Under the pieces are notes generated by a model that worked only from the letters and a program-made list of their open reading frames with translations, had not been told where the DNA came from and made no database searches. The position numbers were made by a program, and so were the translations under genes. A stretch of 64,000 nucleotides of DNA from a virus (Duplodnaviria > Caudoviricetes), in IMG/VR virus record IMGVR_UViG_3300037501_000255. The stretch is one strand, 5' to 3'. Below are positions 20,303-29,284 of the stretch, in pieces. Each line of letters opens with the position of its first letter. Position 1 is the first letter of the stretch.

Positions 20303-20434
20303 AAACTTATTTAGAGTTGCATGCAGAATAGCGGGGGCTTGTTCTGAGAGGGCTGCGCGAATCTCGCCTTCCGTGTGACCGGCGGGAAGATTATACGTAA
20401 CCCCTTGAAATAGTACTGTATCCATGTGCTTCAA
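20243..20434 (-). CDS. Ubiquitin-like protein, copy 2
   Basis: 63 aa paralog with the same C-terminus FSEKAGTKG. Confidence 0.8.
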   Translation of the reverse strand: MKHMDTVLFQGVTYNLPAGHTEGEIRAALSEQAPAILHATLNKFQNADGSTTWEFSEKAGTKG

Positions 20435-20652
20435 TCCTTGTCTTTAAGTTGTTTCCTGGAGCGCTTGAGGACAACAATGTCCAGCTCCTCGGGGTCACCA
20501 TCTTCGACGGGAACCTCCACTACCGAGACACGCTTCTTGCTGACGCGCGCCTTCTCGCCCGAGAAAAGGGTGCCGAGCTTTCTTGAAGCTAGAACACCTA
20601 CGGCTGCGCCACCGGCAGCAGCTACACCAAGTAATTTCAATAATCCGGTCAT
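20431..20652 (-). CDS. Small membrane-anchored protein
   Basis: LLKLLGVAAAGGAAVGVL; SD AAGGAG. Confidence 0.65.
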   Translation of the reverse strand: MTGLLKLLGVAAAGGAAVGVLASRKLGTLFSGEKARVSKKRVSVVEVPVEDGDPEELDIVVLKRSRKQLKDKD

Positions 20653-20742
20653 ATGTTCTCCTTATTTACTGTAACCATGCGTGTTGCTGTCACCGTTAGC
20701 GACTACTGCTACGCGGACGGCGGCCACATTGGACGCCTGCCT

Positions 20743-21102
20743 TTAATCCTCTGCTGGCGTCTCTAACTCCTCGACTTCACCGGCATTTAGCACAGTTAGC
20801 TGTACGAAAGCATGTGTAAGTTTTGAAAGTGCCTCATTTAACTTATTAGATGGCGGTATGTCCCTAAACAGAATGCTTAGGACAGCCTTGACTACTGACA
20901 TTTGAACATCTATCTCATCTCTGTGTTGGGATGGATTGAGGCGCAGCTTCCATGTGGCTGGCGCCTCTGCTTCCACACAATCAGAGATTTTAGACAAATC
21001 CGTAATTTCTACTTGAATCTTGTAGTACGGATCTACATGGAGGATGTTTGTGTACTCCTCTATGAGGGCTTCAGCTAGGGAAAGTATATCAGCTTCCTTC
21101 AT
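20743..21102 (-). CDS. Hypothetical protein
   Basis: Operon-packed ORF. Confidence 0.6.
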   Translation of the reverse strand: MKEADILSLAEALIEEYTNILHVDPYYKIQVEITDLSKISDCVEAEAPATWKLRLNPSQHRDEIDVQMSVVKAVLSILFRDIPPSNKLNEALSKLTHAFVQLTVLNAGEVEELETPAED

Positions 21103-21316
21103 GAGTCGGTGCCCTAAGTGCTGCCAGAAGGATATGATACATCCTCAGTGCAAGGTCTTGCCTCTCTGCATCTGACTGGCCGATTGTCCCAGTTTGAACC
21201 ACGGTTTTATTGCCGGCGGCATCAGTCAACGCAGATTCAAATGTAGAGGTATCGAGATCCATAAAGTACTCGATACTCTTTTCTTCTGATTTTAGGGTAA
21301 CAAGCACTTTTCTCAT
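21089..21316 (-). CDS. Hypothetical protein
   Basis: Operon-packed ORF. Confidence 0.55.
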   Translation of the reverse strand: MRKVLVTLKSEEKSIEYFMDLDTSTFESALTDAAGNKTVVQTGTIGQSDAERQDLALRMYHILLAALRAPTHEGS

Positions 21317-21318
21317 AA

Positions 21319-21534
21319 TTACTCTGACTTGTTTTCAATGTTGAGCGCCTGCTCAACCTTCTTCAGTCGAGCATCCAGCGAATTTACTGCATTGACAGTC
21401 TTTCCGACAAATTTAATCAGAAGCTGCACGCCAGCATTTTTAGCCGCAAAGCCCGGCAGGTGGTCCTTAATCATAGCCTTGACTTCTTCCATATCAATCA
21501 ACATATCTACTCCGACTTTAGGGTTCAAGTGCAA
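21319..21534 (-). CDS. Hypothetical protein with C-terminal coiled coil
   Basis: VNAVNSLDARLKKVEQAL. Confidence 0.55.
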   Translation of the reverse strand: MHLNPKVGVDMLIDMEEVKAMIKDHLPGFAAKNAGVQLLIKFVGKTVNAVNSLDARLKKVEQALNIENKSE

Positions 21535-21883
21535 TTTGTGTTTTGCAAGATGGGCACTTGTCTATCTTGCCATTGAGATCGAAGAATTTCTGCGAACACT
21601 TTACGCATGTGTGCTTGTGTCCGTACCTGGTCGGCGGGCCGCAGATCGCAGACTTGGCAGATGTATGATCTGCCGGCGTTGGCAGGCGCACCTTATCGCT
21701 CAGTTCTCCGGCTGTGGCCAGATAGCATAAGATCTGTAGTGCTGCCACTGTGCCGTCCTCGACCTCTAACTGCTCCATCCTGTAAAGGAGGGGGCGGGAG
21801 TAGCGCGAGTCTGAAATCACAGCGACGACTTTTTCGTCGTGGAAAAGGAACCTTCCATCAACCAAAGAAAATTTAGACTGCAT
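21518..21883 (-). CDS. Protein with C-terminal FYDLN-type zinc ribbon
   Basis: KHTCVKCSQKFFDLNGKIDKCPSC. Confidence 0.65.
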   Translation of the reverse strand: MQSKFSLVDGRFLFHDEKVVAVISDSRYSRPLLYRMEQLEVEDGTVAALQILCYLATAGELSDKVRLPTPADHTSAKSAICGPPTRYGHKHTCVKCSQKFFDLNGKIDKCPSCKTQIALEP

Positions 21884-21894
21884 AACTGCTTTCT

Positions 21895-23757
21895 TTATTT
21901 AGAGTTAGAGGTGACCTGTGCTTCGAGGCGCTCGACCTCTTCGGCATCAGCTGTGAGCTCTGCGATCTCCTCTGCGGAGATCCCCTGTAGCTTATCAAGC
22001 AGCATTGGAGCCACAAAGCTAACTATGTCCACTGCATCGCGGCCCAGTGTTTCGCCAGCCACGTACCGGGCTAGCCCACCATAGCCTTCACGGCGCTCTT
22101 CAGTGAACCCGACTTTGGATGCCGCCCCATCAGGCAGTCTCTCTGCCAATTCGGCGGTACCAAGCAGCAGTGCGAGCTGCACAATGCGTTGTACCACAAC
22201 ATTGTCAGTAGGCGAGGCTGCCTCGACTATCTTCTCTGCCACCTTTTGCGAGCCAACTCGCAAAACTGCCTTCTGCAGACCAAGTTTAGCACCAGAAGTT
22301 ACCTGCTTCATACGAGAGTCGGAAGTCGTCGCAGGCGCCTCCCCATGCTTAGTTGTTTTTGTATCCATCGCTGCTCCTCTGAGATTAATTCCTTCTTTCA
22401 CTTCAGCCGAGCGCTTCGCTACGCGCTTCAAAGCCTCTTCGAACTTGTTTTGACGTTGCTCTTGCTTCACTTTCAGGTCTGTGTATGTGGGCATTGCTGT
22501 TCCTGCTAAGTTAATTAATTGTCCGGCATCTATTTCACTAGAAGATGGTCCTATGACCATACTGCCATTCTCAAACCAATATTTGAGAGTCTCTCCGTGT
22601 GGAAGAAAATCTATTATCGCCGGGCCATCATGTCTATGATAGAGCCCCGCAGAGTTAATGAATGTGATGCTTTTAGAATCAGTATCGTACCTAGTATGCT
22701 CAGCTCTATTTACCTGCAGGCCGTGTAAGAAATACGCCTCATACGTTGAGGCATGTGGCGTGGTTGCGGGTAATTTTACTGCTGGTCCCAAAACATTGTG
22801 TAAATTGCCAGTCTCGTCACGATGAATCTCTACTGAGGGGAAGCGTGAAAGTGCTGAAGTGTGATGCTTTGATGTGTCAAAGCCAAAATCTGTTACCGCA
22901 GAGTATGTCTGTCCGCCGGGAACTTTGATTTTAAAGGCTAAGCAGTGTGTGTTTTTTGAGTACGAGAGAATGGCCTTTGACCCGTCCGGGCGCTCATAGA
23001 TTGCCTTTGTTGCTTCAGGATAGGCATTTACCTTCCAGGTTCCGCGATCTAATTGAAGATACGAATACAGTGGGGCTATTGCATGCCCTATATTCTCGTA
23101 AGCAAAGACTTTATACCCTGGCAGACGAGTGCCTACTAGGTCCAGCAGAAGATCGTCTACATTTGTTTCACCCTGCGATGCTGAGAGCAGGGCGATTGTT
23201 CCATCTACCCCTCTGACTACAGCTAAATTATCTAACTTTGCCGTAGTAAAGGAGGAGTCACCACGCACACCCCACGAATGCGAGGATTTGGGGCTGCGCT
23301 CAATGAAGTCGGTAAGGGATACTTCCTGACCTTCAAGAAAGTAGCGTTTGCCCAGCGGCTCAATTATAGCGGGGCCGGCTTCGTTGTGAAGGGCTCCGTT
23401 CTTGTAGAATTCTACAGTTGAGCCGTAGCGCTTGGCTGCTCCAAGAGCACAATGAAGAAGATTTCTGAAAGTGAATTCGAAGTCACCATTGTCATACTTG
23501 TGATAGGCAAATCGTTCTTTGCCGAGATCAATCGAATACGAGATTCGTCGAGAGCCGCCGGCTTTGGTCTTGTTGTAAATGACTTTCCGAGAGGATAGGC
23601 ATTCGAAAGCTAGGGGCAGATGCTCGTATGGTATCTCTTCGCCATCTAACATCAATGTGTTGTGCTGACCTAGCGAAATTCGCTCAGTCCTGCGCGATAT
23701 GTTTGGCGCAGACTCTTTGATGGCTCTAAGCTTAGAAACCCAATCTTCTGTCATCAC
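21895..23757 (-). CDS. 620-aa protein with HxxxGPA repeats and a C-terminal helical domain shared with 26622-27134 and 28753-29247
   Basis: LHNEAGPAII, LHNVLGPAV, YHRHDGPAII; C-terminal LALLLGTAEL...GETLG..AVD. Confidence 0.65.
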   Translation of the reverse strand: MMTEDWVSKLRAIKESAPNISRRTERISLGQHNTLMLDGEEIPYEHLPLAFECLSSRKVIYNKTKAGGSRRISYSIDLGKERFAYHKYDNGDFEFTFRNLLHCALGAAKRYGSTVEFYKNGALHNEAGPAIIEPLGKRYFLEGQEVSLTDFIERSPKSSHSWGVRGDSSFTTAKLDNLAVVRGVDGTIALLSASQGETNVDDLLLDLVGTRLPGYKVFAYENIGHAIAPLYSYLQLDRGTWKVNAYPEATKAIYERPDGSKAILSYSKNTHCLAFKIKVPGGQTYSAVTDFGFDTSKHHTSALSRFPSVEIHRDETGNLHNVLGPAVKLPATTPHASTYEAYFLHGLQVNRAEHTRYDTDSKSITFINSAGLYHRHDGPAIIDFLPHGETLKYWFENGSMVIGPSSSEIDAGQLINLAGTAMPTYTDLKVKQEQRQNKFEEALKRVAKRSAEVKEGINLRGAAMDTKTTKHGEAPATTSDSRMKQVTSGAKLGLQKAVLRVGSQKVAEKIVEAASPTDNVVVQRIVQLALLLGTAELAERLPDGAASKVGFTEERREGYGGLARYVAGETLGRDAVDIVSFVAPMLLDKLQGISAEEIAELTADAEEVERLEAQVTSNSK

Positions 23758-23760
23758 TCA

Positions 23761-23804
23761 CCCACACTCTATACATGTATATGTATACATTGTAAGAATG
23801 TGGG
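23761..23804. promoter_or_regulatory. Long imperfect inverted repeat with a TATACA/TGTATA core
   Basis: CCCACA-CTCT-ATACA-TGTATA-TG-TATACA-TTGTA-AGAA-TGTGGG. Confidence 0.55.
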
Positions 23805-23811
23805 TGTTTGG

Positions 23812-24165
23812 TTAGCCGTACATTGTCTCTATGCCGCTCTCCACTGCCCTACGAGCAGTAGATGGGTTAAATGCCATCTTTGGCCTGCCACCCTTGGGAG
23901 CTCCGTTTGGATGTTGCTCCGTCGCCAGTCCACGATTTAGGACCTTAGCGATTGGCCAAACTGAGGCTTTATCTAGAATTTGAAGAACGGCCTCTCTCGG
24001 AATCTTAAATTCCTCTGCTAGCTGCTCGGCAGTGACATATGCGTCCTCGGGCATGCCGGCATCCAATACGTCAGGAATTGACTTTGTTCTGGTTTTCGCT
24101 GTTATTTGTGTCGCTAGCCTCGCTGTGAATTGCATCTCTCTTTCTCCTAAACTTCTTGTATGCAA
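23812..24165 (-). CDS. Putative HTH DNA-binding protein
   Basis: TAEQLAEEFKIPREAVLQIL, then a GGRPK motif. Confidence 0.5.
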   Translation of the reverse strand: MHTRSLGEREMQFTARLATQITAKTRTKSIPDVLDAGMPEDAYVTAEQLAEEFKIPREAVLQILDKASVWPIAKVLNRGLATEQHPNGAPKGGRPKMAFNPSTARRAVESGIETMYG

Positions 24166-24240
24166 GAAGGCCGGTGATTACAAGAAATCCGCCTGGCAGC
24201 AGAATAGCCGCAGAGCCAAGGAGGATTTTTTTGAATTTGG

Positions 24241-25086
24241 TCATATGTCGAACTCCCCGTCTATATCAGCCTGTCCCAACCTCAGTTTCTTTAGCCTGAG
24301 TGGCATGCCGCCCAAAACATTATTGAAGTATCTAGAAATCTTCCTATTTAGGGTGAAGTAGCCTTTTTCTGGAGAAAGAAGCTTCTTGCTGCACAACTGC
24401 ACTGCCCTAGCTGGCTCCTGAGCGACTAGGTCACGGAGTATTTGTCCAATGGCCTCTGTGCGACCTTCTCGTATATCAAAAATGAAGAAGTCCCTAGCGT
24501 CTTTGGCATGCAAATCTCGCACAATCGGCATATCGCCATAGTCATGCAGCAATTGCTTGTAGAATTTGAGCGTAGCAAGTATGAAGAGGTAGTTTACCTG
24601 ATCTCTCGCCACAGACACATTGCGCCTCTTCCTATTACAGTCTGCTTCAAGGAGGCCGACTAGATCGGATAGTCGGATTATCTCCTCCTCAGAAATGAGC
24701 AGTGAGTGGGGGGTTGGGTAGCTGGCTTTAGATAGTTCCTGATCTGGATCTTCAATCTGAACAAATCTCTTGCGTTTATTGAAGGCTTGAATGAGGTCAT
24801 GCTTGAACGCAGTTTTTAGGTACGACTTGAGTGATTTTTGAAAAGCCTCATTTTGCTCAAGCGTTGGAGATTCGGGTAGTACTTCTACCGTACCATCATC
24901 TCTATGGATTTCGCGTTGTAACTTACCAAGGTTAAATGCTGAAACAATGTCAGCGAACCTGGCGTACCAAGACCTAGCCTCTCCAGCCGGATCTGATACG
25001 CCAAGTTTGGCTGCTATTCCTGTAAGTGACGGCTCTAGTTCTGAGAAGAGCATCTGTGCAGAATCTGTGGAGATCTCAGCCGTCAT
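24241..25086 (-). CDS. Divergent sigma-factor-like protein (tentative)
   Basis: LKSYLKTAFKHDLIQAFNKRKR resembles sigma-70 region 2. Confidence 0.4.
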   Translation of the reverse strand: MTAEISTDSAQMLFSELEPSLTGIAAKLGVSDPAGEARSWYARFADIVSAFNLGKLQREIHRDDGTVEVLPESPTLEQNEAFQKSLKSYLKTAFKHDLIQAFNKRKRFVQIEDPDQELSKASYPTPHSLLISEEEIIRLSDLVGLLEADCNRKRRNVSVARDQVNYLFILATLKFYKQLLHDYGDMPIVRDLHAKDARDFFIFDIREGRTEAIGQILRDLVAQEPARAVQLCSKKLLSPEKGYFTLNRKISRYFNNVLGGMPLRLKKLRLGQADIDGEFDI

Positions 25087-25089
25087 ACC

Positions 25090-26424
25090 TCAACCGAACA
25101 CCCTCTTGCCGGCAACTACTATGGCTACCAAGACAAATAGTGCTGCAGCCCACATTAGCGAGTATCCTGCACCGCCTGATGATGCCTCCTGTACAGCCGC
25201 ACCTACATTGAGGATGCCGGCTCCGTATTTGAATTCATCTCCAGCATCAGTGGCAGTAGAAGTCATAAGCTTCATAACTTCCGCGCGATCCACACCTGGA
25301 CCAAGAATTGAAACCAGTAGTGCTGCTGAGCCTGCAGCCATAGGCGTCGCCATCGAAGTTCCTTGATAAGGAAACATCCCCCACTCAGATGGATTTTCTG
25401 GATTGACCGTAGACTGCCACACTCCGCCCTCTGGGCCAAAATCTCGCATATTACCGCCGGGTGCTGCAAGGAAAACTCCTCGTTCGTCGTCAGGGTCTCT
25501 ACCGTGTGAAGAATACGGCGCTAGTTTGCCATCGGGCCCAACTGAGGATATGGCTAGGCAGCCCTCCATGCCTGCTGGGTATTCGATAACTCCCCTACCT
25601 GCATTACCTGCGGCGCAAAACACCAGAACATTTTTCTCAACGGCATATGTCAATGCATCCTGCATGACTTGACTAAAGCCACCTCCGCCCAGAGACATGT
25701 TGATTACATGCGCTCCATTATCTGCAGCAAATCTAATGCCTTCGGCAATATCTGCAGTATCGCCCCAACCCTGATCAGACAGCACTTTAACTGGCATGAT
25801 GCATGCGTTGAACGCAATCCCTACGCCGCCAAGGGTGTTGTTTGTGCTCTCTGCGATTGTTGAAGCTACGTGGGTGCCGTGACTCTGGATATCATATGGG
25901 TCTGTGGTGTCTGCCGCGAAGTCATAGCCGGCAACGAAACAGGTGTCCTTTAGATCTGGTATCTGGGGGTATTTGCTATCCGGCCCGGATACGCCAGTGT
26001 CCAAGACAGCGACTACTGCGCCTGTGCCAGTAGTCTTTCGCCATGCAAGGGGCAGTCCAATCATATCGAAATGCCACGCTTGCTTTGCGAGAAATGGATC
26101 ATTAGGCACATCAAAATCGGCGCCGTCGGAAAGGGCGCGATAGACTTGTGAAACTTCAACACTCTGAATGTCGGAATCTCCCCTAATTTCCTCTATAATT
26201 TCTGCCACTTTTGAAGAATCAACCACGGCGGTGGTGATCTTCGTTGATGGGAACATAAGCGAGTTAGGGAGTAGATCTGTGTCAATCTCCTCCTCTGTCT
26301 CTGCGATATCGACTCTGGTGGCGTCATCTTTGAAGTCTACAATGAGCTTGACTGGCGCGGCACTTGCTGCGCTTGCCATGGTTAAAAGAGTAGCGCATAC
26401 CAGTGCGTGGATTATTTTATTCAT
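25090..26424 (-). CDS. S8 subtilisin-like serine protease with signal peptide, prodomain and C-terminal TM anchor
   Basis: VAVLDTG, HGTHVAST, AAGN, GTSMATP triad. Confidence 0.93.
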   Translation of the reverse strand: MNKIIHALVCATLLTMASAASAAPVKLIVDFKDDATRVDIAETEEEIDTDLLPNSLMFPSTKITTAVVDSSKVAEIIEEIRGDSDIQSVEVSQVYRALSDGADFDVPNDPFLAKQAWHFDMIGLPLAWRKTTGTGAVVAVLDTGVSGPDSKYPQIPDLKDTCFVAGYDFAADTTDPYDIQSHGTHVASTIAESTNNTLGGVGIAFNACIMPVKVLSDQGWGDTADIAEGIRFAADNGAHVINMSLGGGGFSQVMQDALTYAVEKNVLVFCAAGNAGRGVIEYPAGMEGCLAISSVGPDGKLAPYSSHGRDPDDERGVFLAAPGGNMRDFGPEGGVWQSTVNPENPSEWGMFPYQGTSMATPMAAGSAALLVSILGPGVDRAEVMKLMTSTATDAGDEFKYGAGILNVGAAVQEASSGGAGYSLMWAAALFVLVAIVVAGKRVFG

Positions 26425-26434
26425 TTGCTTCACC

Positions 26435-26617
26435 TCAAACCTCCTGCTCTGGCGCATCAGGCTCAATCTCATCGGTAGTTCTGCGAAGCTTCTTGCGTGC
26501 AGAGGTTTTCGCAACGAAAAGCTCCTTGGCTCGCTTTACAGCTGTTTTACTTATATCACGTGCGATGGTGCTGACGAAGATGTCCACCACCTTTTCTGTT
26601 ATACTTTTCTTTGCCAT
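26435..26617 (-). CDS. Small basic hypothetical protein
   Basis: Fills the operon gap. Confidence 0.5.
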   Translation of the reverse strand: MAKKSITEKVVDIFVSTIARDISKTAVKRAKELFVAKTSARKKLRRTTDEIEPDAPEQEV

Positions 26618-26621
26618 ATTA

Positions 26622-27134
26622 TCAACCCTCCGCTACCAGCTCTTGATCGACAGAGCTCTCTTGTGAAACATCATCTGCCGCACTGAGCAGTTCGCTTAGA
26701 TCTGTCTGCGACAGCATGTCGCGAAATAGCGGAACGAGTTGCACCGCCGCTTCAACCACCTGTTCACCCAGCTTCTCGCCGGAATAATTCCTCATCCAAA
26801 GTGCCAGAGCCTGTGTCTTAGCTACAGCCTCCTCTCTCGAGAGCGACACGCCCGGAGCCTTGGTGATGAGCGGGCCGCCCACCTCGAGGATTTCTGCAAG
26901 GGCATTGAGAAGTGCGAACTCCAGGAGGGATTTCACAGCCGGGTCTGCCAACTGCAATCCTGGGTGCATCTCGTGCAACTTAGGAGTGATCTTATCTGCA
27001 AGGGGGGTAACAATCTGATCTACAACACGGTCAACCGTGCTCTTGATCATACCTTGCTTCACACCTCGGGCGACCTGACTGGTACGCTTTTCCTTGACAA
27101 CTTTCACGATTTTTTCCTTAGGAATATTAGCCAT
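26622..27134 (-). CDS. Helical protein, paralog of 28753-29247
   Basis: PAVKSLLEFALL..LAE...LALWMRNYSGEKLGEQVVEAA. Confidence 0.7.
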   Translation of the reverse strand: MANIPKEKIVKVVKEKRTSQVARGVKQGMIKSTVDRVVDQIVTPLADKITPKLHEMHPGLQLADPAVKSLLEFALLNALAEILEVGGPLITKAPGVSLSREEAVAKTQALALWMRNYSGEKLGEQVVEAAVQLVPLFRDMLSQTDLSELLSAADDVSQESSVDQELVAEG

Positions 27135-27161
27135 TACAGACTCCTGGAGTTAAAGATTGAG

Positions 27162-27386
27162 CTATTTGACCCTGTAAACAATTCTACCACGATTCAAATC
27201 GTATGGCGAGACTTCGATATGGACCCTGTCGCCTGGAACAATTTTAATTGAGTTCAGTCGCATTTTTCCTGATGGAGTACAGGTCACCACATGTGACCCA
27301 TTTTTAGTCTCTACTTCTACTCTAAACATATCCTTGCAGAAGTCTAGAACAATACCTTCGAACTCAATTTTATCTGAATCAGCCAC
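27162..27386 (-). CDS. infA: Translation initiation factor IF-1
   Basis: IEFEGIV...MFRVE...[34 protein letters not shown]. Confidence 0.93.
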   Translation of the reverse strand: MADSDKIEFEGIVLDFCKDMFRVEVETKNGSHVVTCTPSGKMRLNSIKIVPGDRVHIEVSPYDLNRGRIVYRVK

Positions 27387-27396
27387 TTAATTATCC

Positions 27397-27723
27397 TCAG
27401 GGTGTAAACTTAGCATCTACCGGCGGATCGCCGGGGTTTTCTGAATTTGGAGTCTCGGAAGCCTCCGCCTGCTTTGCTTGCTTCGCTTTTTTATAATGCG
27501 AGGCGGTGTCTTTTACAAGGTCATTTAGGCCCTTACGGGTCTCCTTTGCCTTCTGCAGCTCATCAGCCTTGTCAAGCACTGCGTTGAGTTTCTCCTTGAC
27601 CTTCGGCCATACAGCCTTGCCCAATTCGGTAGCAGCACCAGCAACGGCTTGGACGGCAACGATATTACCAACTTGCTTTAAGAATTTCTTCATTGGAGAA
27701 TCCTGATTCGTATTCATAACCAT
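27397..27723 (-). CDS. Hypothetical amphipathic protein
   Basis: ORF with SD GGA. Confidence 0.55.
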   Translation of the reverse strand: MVMNTNQDSPMKKFLKQVGNIVAVQAVAGAATELGKAVWPKVKEKLNAVLDKADELQKAKETRKGLNDLVKDTASHYKKAKQAKQAEASETPNSENPGDPPVDAKFTP

Positions 27724-27727
27724 TCCT

Positions 27728-28063
27728 TCAGTTAATCGAGTTTTTATTTTTATGCTTGAAATCAGCTACCATTTTTCGCAACTGTGCAGGCATTACTTCA
27801 AATGGCCCGGTGTCCGTTGGAGCATGCGCTAAAATCATGCAGGTTCGTGGTACCCAGGCCACATCACTGGGAATAGTCAGGGTGACATCGGCTTCACCTG
27901 GAAGCTTGCCGCGAACACCGGATAAAATCTCAATCTTATCTTCGCCAAAGTAGTAGCTGCCTTCACCTGGCAGTACGTGCCCCAATTCAGGATCTGACTT
28001 CAAGGAAAGGATTCCAGAATCGAGTAGGTTGCGAAGCTTGACGTGTAGACTGAGTGTTTGCAT
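27728..28063 (-). CDS. Hypothetical protein
   Basis: Operon ORF. Confidence 0.55.
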   Translation of the reverse strand: MQTLSLHVKLRNLLDSGILSLKSDPELGHVLPGEGSYYFGEDKIEILSGVRGKLPGEADVTLTIPSDVAWVPRTCMILAHAPTDTGPFEVMPAQLRKMVADFKHKNKNSIN

Positions 28064-28065
28064 AT

Positions 28066-28449
28066 TTATTTGCCTTTTCTAATTATTTCAAGATCAATAT
28101 TTATGTTTATCTTCACGAGATCAAATGAGTCTTCCTCATCATCACTCTCCATAATGTCGCGAACTTTGTCGGAGAGTTCCGACAGCGATTGTGACGCGGC
28201 GACCCATCCTGCATCCTGCGATGAGTAGCCGCAGTCCAGGTCGTCTATTAGTTGGCTAAGCGAAAAATTCTCTATTTGAGAGGAAAGATCCTTGCTATCT
28301 TCGAAAGTTCCACATCGTACTGCAGCAAAGATGGTAGGACTGTCTTTGTTTGACTTGTTCATAAGTAACAACAAACCCGCCTGGACGGCGGGCTTGTTTT
28401 CAGCGACCTGAGCGGCGATAGACTGTGACGCTGTGCCGAATACGTGCAT
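28066..28449 (-). CDS. Hypothetical protein; start uncertain
   Basis: Operon ORF. Confidence 0.45.
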   Translation of the reverse strand: MHVFGTASQSIAAQVAENKPAVQAGLLLLMNKSNKDSPTIFAAVRCGTFEDSKDLSSQIENFSLSQLIDDLDCGYSSQDAGWVAASQSLSELSDKVRDIMESDDEEDSFDLVKININIDLEIIRKGK

Positions 28450-28687
28450 TGTATACGGTTTCGTCCGTCGGTCTAATCACCCCCTCTGATTCAAGCTGGC
28501 GAAACGCTGTGCGAATCACAGCACCGCGCCTAGCCCCTCTAAAAGAGGGGGCTGCAGATACGACATCCACCGAACTAATTGTCGTGTTGTTTCTGAGGCG
28601 GCGCCGCACAGCGGTGCGCACCTGTGAAACCGCACGCTCAAAAGCACTAGTTTTATTTGTCATTACAACTCCAAATGCATCAAGCAT
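28400..28687 (-). CDS. Small Arg-rich, wHTH-like DNA-binding protein
   Basis: AVIRTAFRQLESEGVIRPT. Confidence 0.5.
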   Translation of the reverse strand: MLDAFGVVMTNKTSAFERAVSQVRTAVRRRLRNNTTISSVDVVSAAPSFRGARRGAVIRTAFRQLESEGVIRPTDETVYNARIRHSVTVYRRSGR

Positions 28688-28752
28688 ATGTTTAAGGGAC
28701 GCGCCATTGCGTCGACATAACTAGGAGCGCCGGGGGAGGGTTAGACTATTTC

Positions 28753-29247
28753 TTATTTTTGCTCAACGGCGGCCACCGCGGGCTCGCCCAGCAGTTCAGC
28801 AACATCTGCTGTATTAATATCGCTGAATTGCTCCATAACCATCGGGAATACGGTTAGGGCCGCTTCCACAAGTTGTTCGCCCACACGCTCTCCGGCATAC
28901 TTCCGCATCCAGGTGGCGAGCAATTGACTCTTGCGTGCAAGATCCTCAGGGCTCGATGAGGGTACAATTTTTGATGCTGTAGGGGCTGCAAATACCATGA
29001 GTTCAGCTATCCCCATAATGAAAGCAAACTCCAGAGCGGCCTTGACCGCCGGCTCGAGCAGATGCGTGCCATTTGGAAATGTGGCTTGGAATTTAGGCAT
29101 GATGGCCTGGCATACCGGGTCTGACATTGTATGCACCAGCTTATCCACCACTCCCTTAAGAGCGCCCTCTTTTACACCGCGCATAACCGTCGCCCTGCGC
29201 GTCTCTAGCTCTGACATTTGAATGCTCGTCATGGTTACCTCTCTCAT
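28753..29247 (-). CDS. Helical protein, paralog of 26622-27134
   Basis: PAVKAALEFAFIMGIAEL...LATWMRKYAGERVGEQLVEAA. Confidence 0.7.
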   Translation of the reverse strand: MREVTMTSIQMSELETRRATVMRGVKEGALKGVVDKLVHTMSDPVCQAIMPKFQATFPNGTHLLEPAVKAALEFAFIMGIAELMVFAAPTASKIVPSSSPEDLARKSQLLATWMRKYAGERVGEQLVEAALTVFPMVMEQFSDINTADVAELLGEPAVAAVEQK

Positions 29248-29284
29248 GATACTAATACCTAAATATAGATATCAGGAGTACAAA

